Assembly: GCA_964606745.1 (NCBI GenBank)
Contig: CAZSHJ010000003.1
Span: 4,806 to 68,805 of the forward strand
Origin: an uncultured Thermoplasmatales archaeon
Lineage (GTDB): Archaea > Thermoplasmatota > E2 > UBA202 > DSCA01
Length of the DNA stretch: 64,000 nt
Reading direction: 5' to 3'
Under the pieces are notes generated by a model that had not been told where the DNA came from, did no database searches, and saw only the letters and a program-made list of their open reading frames with translations. This document shows positions 60,100 to 64,000 of this stretch, one piece after another. The position numbers and the translations under genes were made by a program. Within the stretch, counting starts at the first letter, position 1. Each line of letters opens with the position of its first letter.

Positions 60100-60529
60100 A
60101 TTTTTCCCTCATCTCTTTTCTGTAATCTTCAAGTTTCTCTCTCACCGAGTCATCAGTCAGGGCCAGAATCTCAGCGGCGAGCAGGGCGGCATTATCCCCT
60201 CTATCCAGCCCCACCGCAGCGACGGGAATTCCGGGCGGCATCTGGACAATCGAAAGAATGGCGTCCATATTCACTTTTCCCGATACGGGAACGCCTATGA
60301 CTGGCTTTGTGGTGTGAGATGCTATACTTCCCGGCAATGCTGCAGCCAGCCCTGCAATGGCAATAAAAACATCGGTATCATCACTTGCAATTTCCTTAAC
60401 TTTTTCAGGTGTTCTGTGAGCAGATGCGACAACTTTTTCGTATGGGATGCCAAGTTTATCGAGCATTTCCTCTGTTTTCCCTGCAATCCTTTCATCGCTT
60501 TTACTGCCCATCACTATCTTAACTTTCAT
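60092..60529 (-). CDS. purE: N5-CAIR mutase PurE. The start is trimmed from the over-extended ORF 60092..60697.
   Basis: [12 protein letters not shown]...AGLAAALPG...PVIGVP. The 56 upstream in-frame codons lack any family signal. Confidence 0.75.
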   Translation of the reverse strand: MKVKIVMGSKSDERIAGKTEEMLDKLGIPYEKVVASAHRTPEKVKEIASDDTDVFIAIAGLAAALPGSIASHTTKPVIGVPVSGKVNMDAILSIVQMPPGIPVAAVGLDRGDNAALLAAEILALTDDSVREKLEDYRKEMREKYV

Positions 60530-60670
60530 GATACTGAAATCCTCCGGGGTTAATAAAATTTTTATTGGCATTAAACGTTTCATTTTATTGTTCCGAGAGG
60601 ACAAAATTGTGCTTATAGAACAATTTAAATATGCTTTTGTTATCTTATAATAGGAATAGAAGAGGGGATA

Positions 60671-62113
60671 ATGAAAGGAACAATTGAGGTCATGCATGAC
60701 TTTTTAGGCAAAATGATTCTTGCCAGCTCAATTGACGAGATACATGAAAGCATATTTTCCGTTGTAAAAAAAATCCTGGATTTTGCCGAATGCACTCTTT
60801 ATGTTATGTATGGGCAATCACTGAAGGTCGCCTATCCAAAGGGGTATAGGGACAGTAAATCCCTGTCATTGAATGGTGCAGACGACGATGATATGCTTTC
60901 AAAGTCCGTTAGAACTAAAATAATTGTTTGCGACCCTTATGAAATAGCTGCTCCAATTGTAGTCGATGATGCAGTCATAGGTGTTATTGATGTTAAAAAC
61001 AAGACAGGGAAATTCGATGACGACGATGGGCACCTGCTTGAAGTGCTCCTTGGTATGACAGCTGCATCGGTAAAGAATTTCGAGAGCAAGATGAAAATGG
61101 TACAATCGGAAAATAAGTGCAGGACGATGATAAAGAATGCAGTGGAAGGTATTTACCGTAGCACCATTGATGGACAGATACTGGAGGCAAATCTTTCTCT
61201 TGTAAAATTTTTTGGCTATGAAAATGAGGGAGAGTTAAGAAAGGCAGGCATTTTTAAAACTTATAAAAATCCTGAAGAAAGGCGGAAGTTTGTAGAGGCG
61301 CTTCTAAAGGAGAAAAAAGTAAAAAATTACGGGATTGAATACAGGAAAAAAAACGGGGAAACCGTCATGGGAAACGAGTTTGCAATTCTGGTAGATGGGG
61401 ACACAATAATTGAGGGGATAATCCATGATGTGACCGAGTTGAAAAAAGCAGAGAAAAAAGCGAAATTTTACAATTCCCTAATAAGGCATGATATCTGGAA
61501 TAAAAACCAGATTGTTATGGGCTATCTCGAATTGTTGTCGGATACAGAGCTTTCTGGGGAGCAGCGAAGTTTTCTTGAAAGGGCAAAGCTGGCGGTGAAA
61601 AGCAACACAGGGCTTATGGAAGAGGTAAATAAACTCCGCCATATGGAAGAGCACCAGAATGTAAAAGAGATAGATATCGATGAAATGATGAGGGCGGTAT
61701 TAAATCAACTTCTGCATGAGGCGGAGAGGAGAAAAATCAGTATTCGCTATACTCCCTCGGGTATAAAAATCAATACCGTTACCATCATAAATGAAGTATT
61801 TTACAATATTTTGCTGAATGCCATACTCCATGCACATTGCAAGAATATAAGAATTTATGTCATATCTAATAAAAAATTCTGTAAAATAACCATTGAAGAT
61901 GACGGGGTTGGCATAGGGCCAGAGATAAAAAAAGATATTTTTAAGAGAACCGTGAGGGGTGGCAGGGAAAACGGTATGGGGCTTTACCTGACTGGGAAAA
62001 TAGTGGAAATGAATGGGGGCCATATTAAAGTCAAGAATAGGATTAAAGAAGATTACAGGAAGGGTACTGTATTTGAGATATACCTTCCGATGGAAAACAA
62101 TTTTAAGAGATAG
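60671..62113 (+). CDS. GAF/PAS sensor histidine kinase.
   Basis: H-box IRHDIWNK and HATPase_c blocks ([30 protein letters not shown]). Confidence 0.7.
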   Translation: MKGTIEVMHDFLGKMILASSIDEIHESIFSVVKKILDFAECTLYVMYGQSLKVAYPKGYRDSKSLSLNGADDDDMLSKSVRTKIIVCDPYEIAAPIVVDDAVIGVIDVKNKTGKFDDDDGHLLEVLLGMTAASVKNFESKMKMVQSENKCRTMIKNAVEGIYRSTIDGQILEANLSLVKFFGYENEGELRKAGIFKTYKNPEERRKFVEALLKEKKVKNYGIEYRKKNGETVMGNEFAILVDGDTIIEGIIHDVTELKKAEKKAKFYNSLIRHDIWNKNQIVMGYLELLSDTELSGEQRSFLERAKLAVKSNTGLMEEVNKLRHMEEHQNVKEIDIDEMMRAVLNQLLHEAERRKISIRYTPSGIKINTVTIINEVFYNILLNAILHAHCKNIRIYVISNKKFCKITIEDDGVGIGPEIKKDIFKRTVRGGRENGMGLYLTGKIVEMNGGHIKVKNRIKEDYRKGTVFEIYLPMENNFKR

Positions 62114-62128
62114 CACTTTATCGGTACT

Positions 62129-62956
62129 ATGGAAGAATTTATTTTCAATTGTCATACTCACATCGGGGATGCATTTATCTCACTGGGTAAGAGAAAATGG
62201 ACGGTTGAGGAACTGGTCGCCCCTCCTGACGGGTTCAAATACAGATTGATGAGGGAATCGCGGAAGGAAATAATTGTCAAGGGCATGAAAAAAGCTGTTT
62301 CCGTAATGAAGAAATCTGGAATTACCCACTTCTGTGACTTCAGGGAGGGGGGAGTGGAGGGGATAAATCTGTTGAGGGAAGTTGTTAGAGACAGGGAAGG
62401 CATAAGTGCAGTAATACTTGGGAGACCATCGGAATTGGATTATAGCAGGACTGAGATGGATGAAATACTTGAAATTGCAGACGGCATAGGATTGAGCAGC
62501 ATTTCTGACTGGGAATATGATGAACTGAAAAAGGTGGCAGTTCATACTCATAAAAGAAAAAAATTGTTTGCAATCCATGCAAGCGAGGCATTCAGGGAGG
62601 ATATTGATGCCGTGCTCGGGTTGAAACCTTCTTTTCTCGTACATATGAGCAGTGCAAGCAACAGCGATATTGAACTGGTGGCAGATGAAGGTGTACCGGT
62701 CGTGGTGTGCCCTCGTTCAAATGCATTTTTTAGCATACGCCCCAACATTGAAGGCATGATCGGGTACGGCATCCCGCTCCTTCTTGGAACGGATAATGCG
62801 ATGATTACATCTCCTGATATCACGGAGGAAGTGGAATACCTGCTAAAATATTTTGACGTTTCCAGAGAACAGGCAATGGAGATGATAACCATAAACCCGA
62901 GGAAATGTTTAAATGTAAGTGCTGATATTCACCAGTCAGATGGAAAGGACTGTTAA
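62129..62956 (+). CDS. Metal-dependent amidohydrolase-family protein.
   Basis: N-terminal NCHTHIGDAF (HxH metal ligands) and later His/Asp ligands consistent with a TIM-barrel hydrolase. Confidence 0.5.
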   Translation: MEEFIFNCHTHIGDAFISLGKRKWTVEELVAPPDGFKYRLMRESRKEIIVKGMKKAVSVMKKSGITHFCDFREGGVEGINLLREVVRDREGISAVILGRPSELDYSRTEMDEILEIADGIGLSSISDWEYDELKKVAVHTHKRKKLFAIHASEAFREDIDAVLGLKPSFLVHMSSASNSDIELVADEGVPVVVCPRSNAFFSIRPNIEGMIGYGIPLLLGTDNAMITSPDITEEVEYLLKYFDVSREQAMEMITINPRKCLNVSADIHQSDGKDC

Positions 62957-63068
62957 CAGTTTGCCTATGTTGCCTAGAAGAGAATCACAGGATATGGTGG
63001 GGGGGGGTAATACGCAATATTCATGTTCCTCGCTTCGTTGAATTCGAATTTGTAGAAAGAGGGAAAAG

Positions 63069-63917
63069 ATGAAAGGAAAGATAAGGGTAAAGGATGTAAT
63101 GACTACAGATCTCCTGCTGGCAGAGGTGCCCGGCAACAGGGAGAGCGTACTCCGCATGTTTGGCAGGTATGAAATATCGGGCATGCCCGTCGTTAAGGCC
63201 GGAACGAAAAAATTTGTGGGGGTAATTACCAGAAATGATATGTTTCGGAAATATGATGAGGACCAGCTAGCAATGATAATGAATGATAACTCGTTAACAG
63301 TTTCTCCAGGTGATGATGTAAAGAAGGCGGCAAAGATATTTTATGAGGAAAGAATACACGGGCTGCCTGTTGTTGATAAAGGTGAGATTAAGGGTATTAT
63401 CTCTCCCTCTAACATTCTTCGCCTTATAGAAAAATTTGATGGTGATGAGGTCGAAAGATATATGTCTCCCATTTTTGTTCCGGTGTATCAGGAAACGCCT
63501 TTGCCTGCAGTGATGAAAATTTTCAGAATTACGGATGCCGGGGCATTGCCCGTGATAGATGAGAACGGTGTACTCATTGGAATAGTGGCAGACGGCGATT
63601 TATTCACTTTCTCCCATATTAATGAGAGTGTTGTGAAATCAGAAATGGGAATTGGCGAAGATGAGGATGTATGGAGCTGGGAGGGAATAAGGGATGTTAT
63701 GCGTCTCTACTATGAAACATCCAAGATACAACTTCCGCCCATACCTGTAAAGGAAGTGATGGTAGAGGATTTGGTTACCGTATTCAGAAAAACCAAACTC
63801 TCGGTTGTTGCCCAGAAAATGCTTGACAATAACGTGAATCAGATGCCCGTGATGGATGGGGAAAACGAAATGATGGGAATGGTTTGCGATGTTGATTTAA
63901 TGAAAACATTGATATAG
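63069..63917 (+). CDS. CBS-domain protein with four CBS motifs.
   Basis: Repeated VKDVMTTD.../GLPVVD.../ALPVID.../QMPVMD blocks. Confidence 0.7.
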   Translation: MKGKIRVKDVMTTDLLLAEVPGNRESVLRMFGRYEISGMPVVKAGTKKFVGVITRNDMFRKYDEDQLAMIMNDNSLTVSPGDDVKKAAKIFYEERIHGLPVVDKGEIKGIISPSNILRLIEKFDGDEVERYMSPIFVPVYQETPLPAVMKIFRITDAGALPVIDENGVLIGIVADGDLFTFSHINESVVKSEMGIGEDEDVWSWEGIRDVMRLYYETSKIQLPPIPVKEVMVEDLVTVFRKTKLSVVAQKMLDNNVNQMPVMDGENEMMGMVCDVDLMKTLI

Positions 63918-64000
63918 TGATGGAATGGATAAATATGGCGATATAATTTCGTTATCTAAGAGAAGGGGTATTTTCTATCCGTCATACGATATATATGGGG

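Noticed and set aside
60530-60697. N-terminal 56-codon extension of the purE ORF.
   Set aside because: PurE homology starts at MKVKIVMGS. The extension is AT-rich with no homology, so it is most likely 5' UTR read in frame.
1-64000. A CRISPR array or rRNA genes.
   Set aside because: Scanning intergenic regions found no regularly spaced short direct repeats with unique spacers and no rRNA-like conserved blocks. The only repeat family has ~180-bp units separated by genes.

Overview
This window is a 64-kb segment of a compositionally heterogeneous archaeal chromosome, probably euryarchaeal. Identity is inferred from gene content only. No similarity search was run.

Core genes recognisable from motifs:
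- Topoisomerase VI B/A, split N/C transketolase and a transaldolase.
- A PyrK-like FAD/2Fe-2S protein and a NUDIX hydrolase.
- Mre11-Rad50 and a CorA magnesium transporter.
- A DEAD-box helicase, TruA, a UbiA-family prenyltransferase and Elp3.
- An RPA-like ssDNA-binding protein and a fused hexulose-6-phosphate synthase/RraA-like protein.
- GMP synthase subunit B, PurE, a GAF/PAS histidine kinase and a CBS-domain protein.

Two tRNA genes are present. tRNA-Ala(CGC) carries an apparent ~46-nt intron in the T-loop, a non-canonical position. tRNA-Pro(GGG) is followed immediately by a ~10-kb AT-rich accessory island with:
- A Hachiman-like pair: a PD-(D/E)xK nuclease next to a Ski2/Hel308-like SF2 helicase.
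- An overlapping HIT-hydrolase/Pol-beta-nucleotidyltransferase pair.
- A frameshifted tyrosine-integrase 3' remnant.
- A stand-alone Lrp/AsnC-type ligand-binding (RAM) domain protein next to an amino-acid permease.
- A flavodoxin-like protein.
- At least five copies of a ~180-bp intergenic repeat carrying a TATA-like box and ending in a T-run.

Further accessory features:
- Two paralogous secreted clan-CD (C25/gingipain-like) peptidases. One is anomalously GC-rich. The other is co-oriented with a membrane-anchored tandem nitroreductase/SagB-like protein, and this module sits between the transketolase and transaldolase genes.
- Two surface proteins with PGF-CTERM archaeosortase signals, one of 1802 aa with PKD and beta-helix repeats.
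- A duplicated ~37-aa CxxC...CxxC mini-ORF.
- A VapBC pair next to tRNA-Ala.
- An AT-rich four-gene cluster immediately upstream of mre11-rad50, including a stand-alone CDC48/VAT N-domain protein.

No CRISPR array or rRNA was seen.
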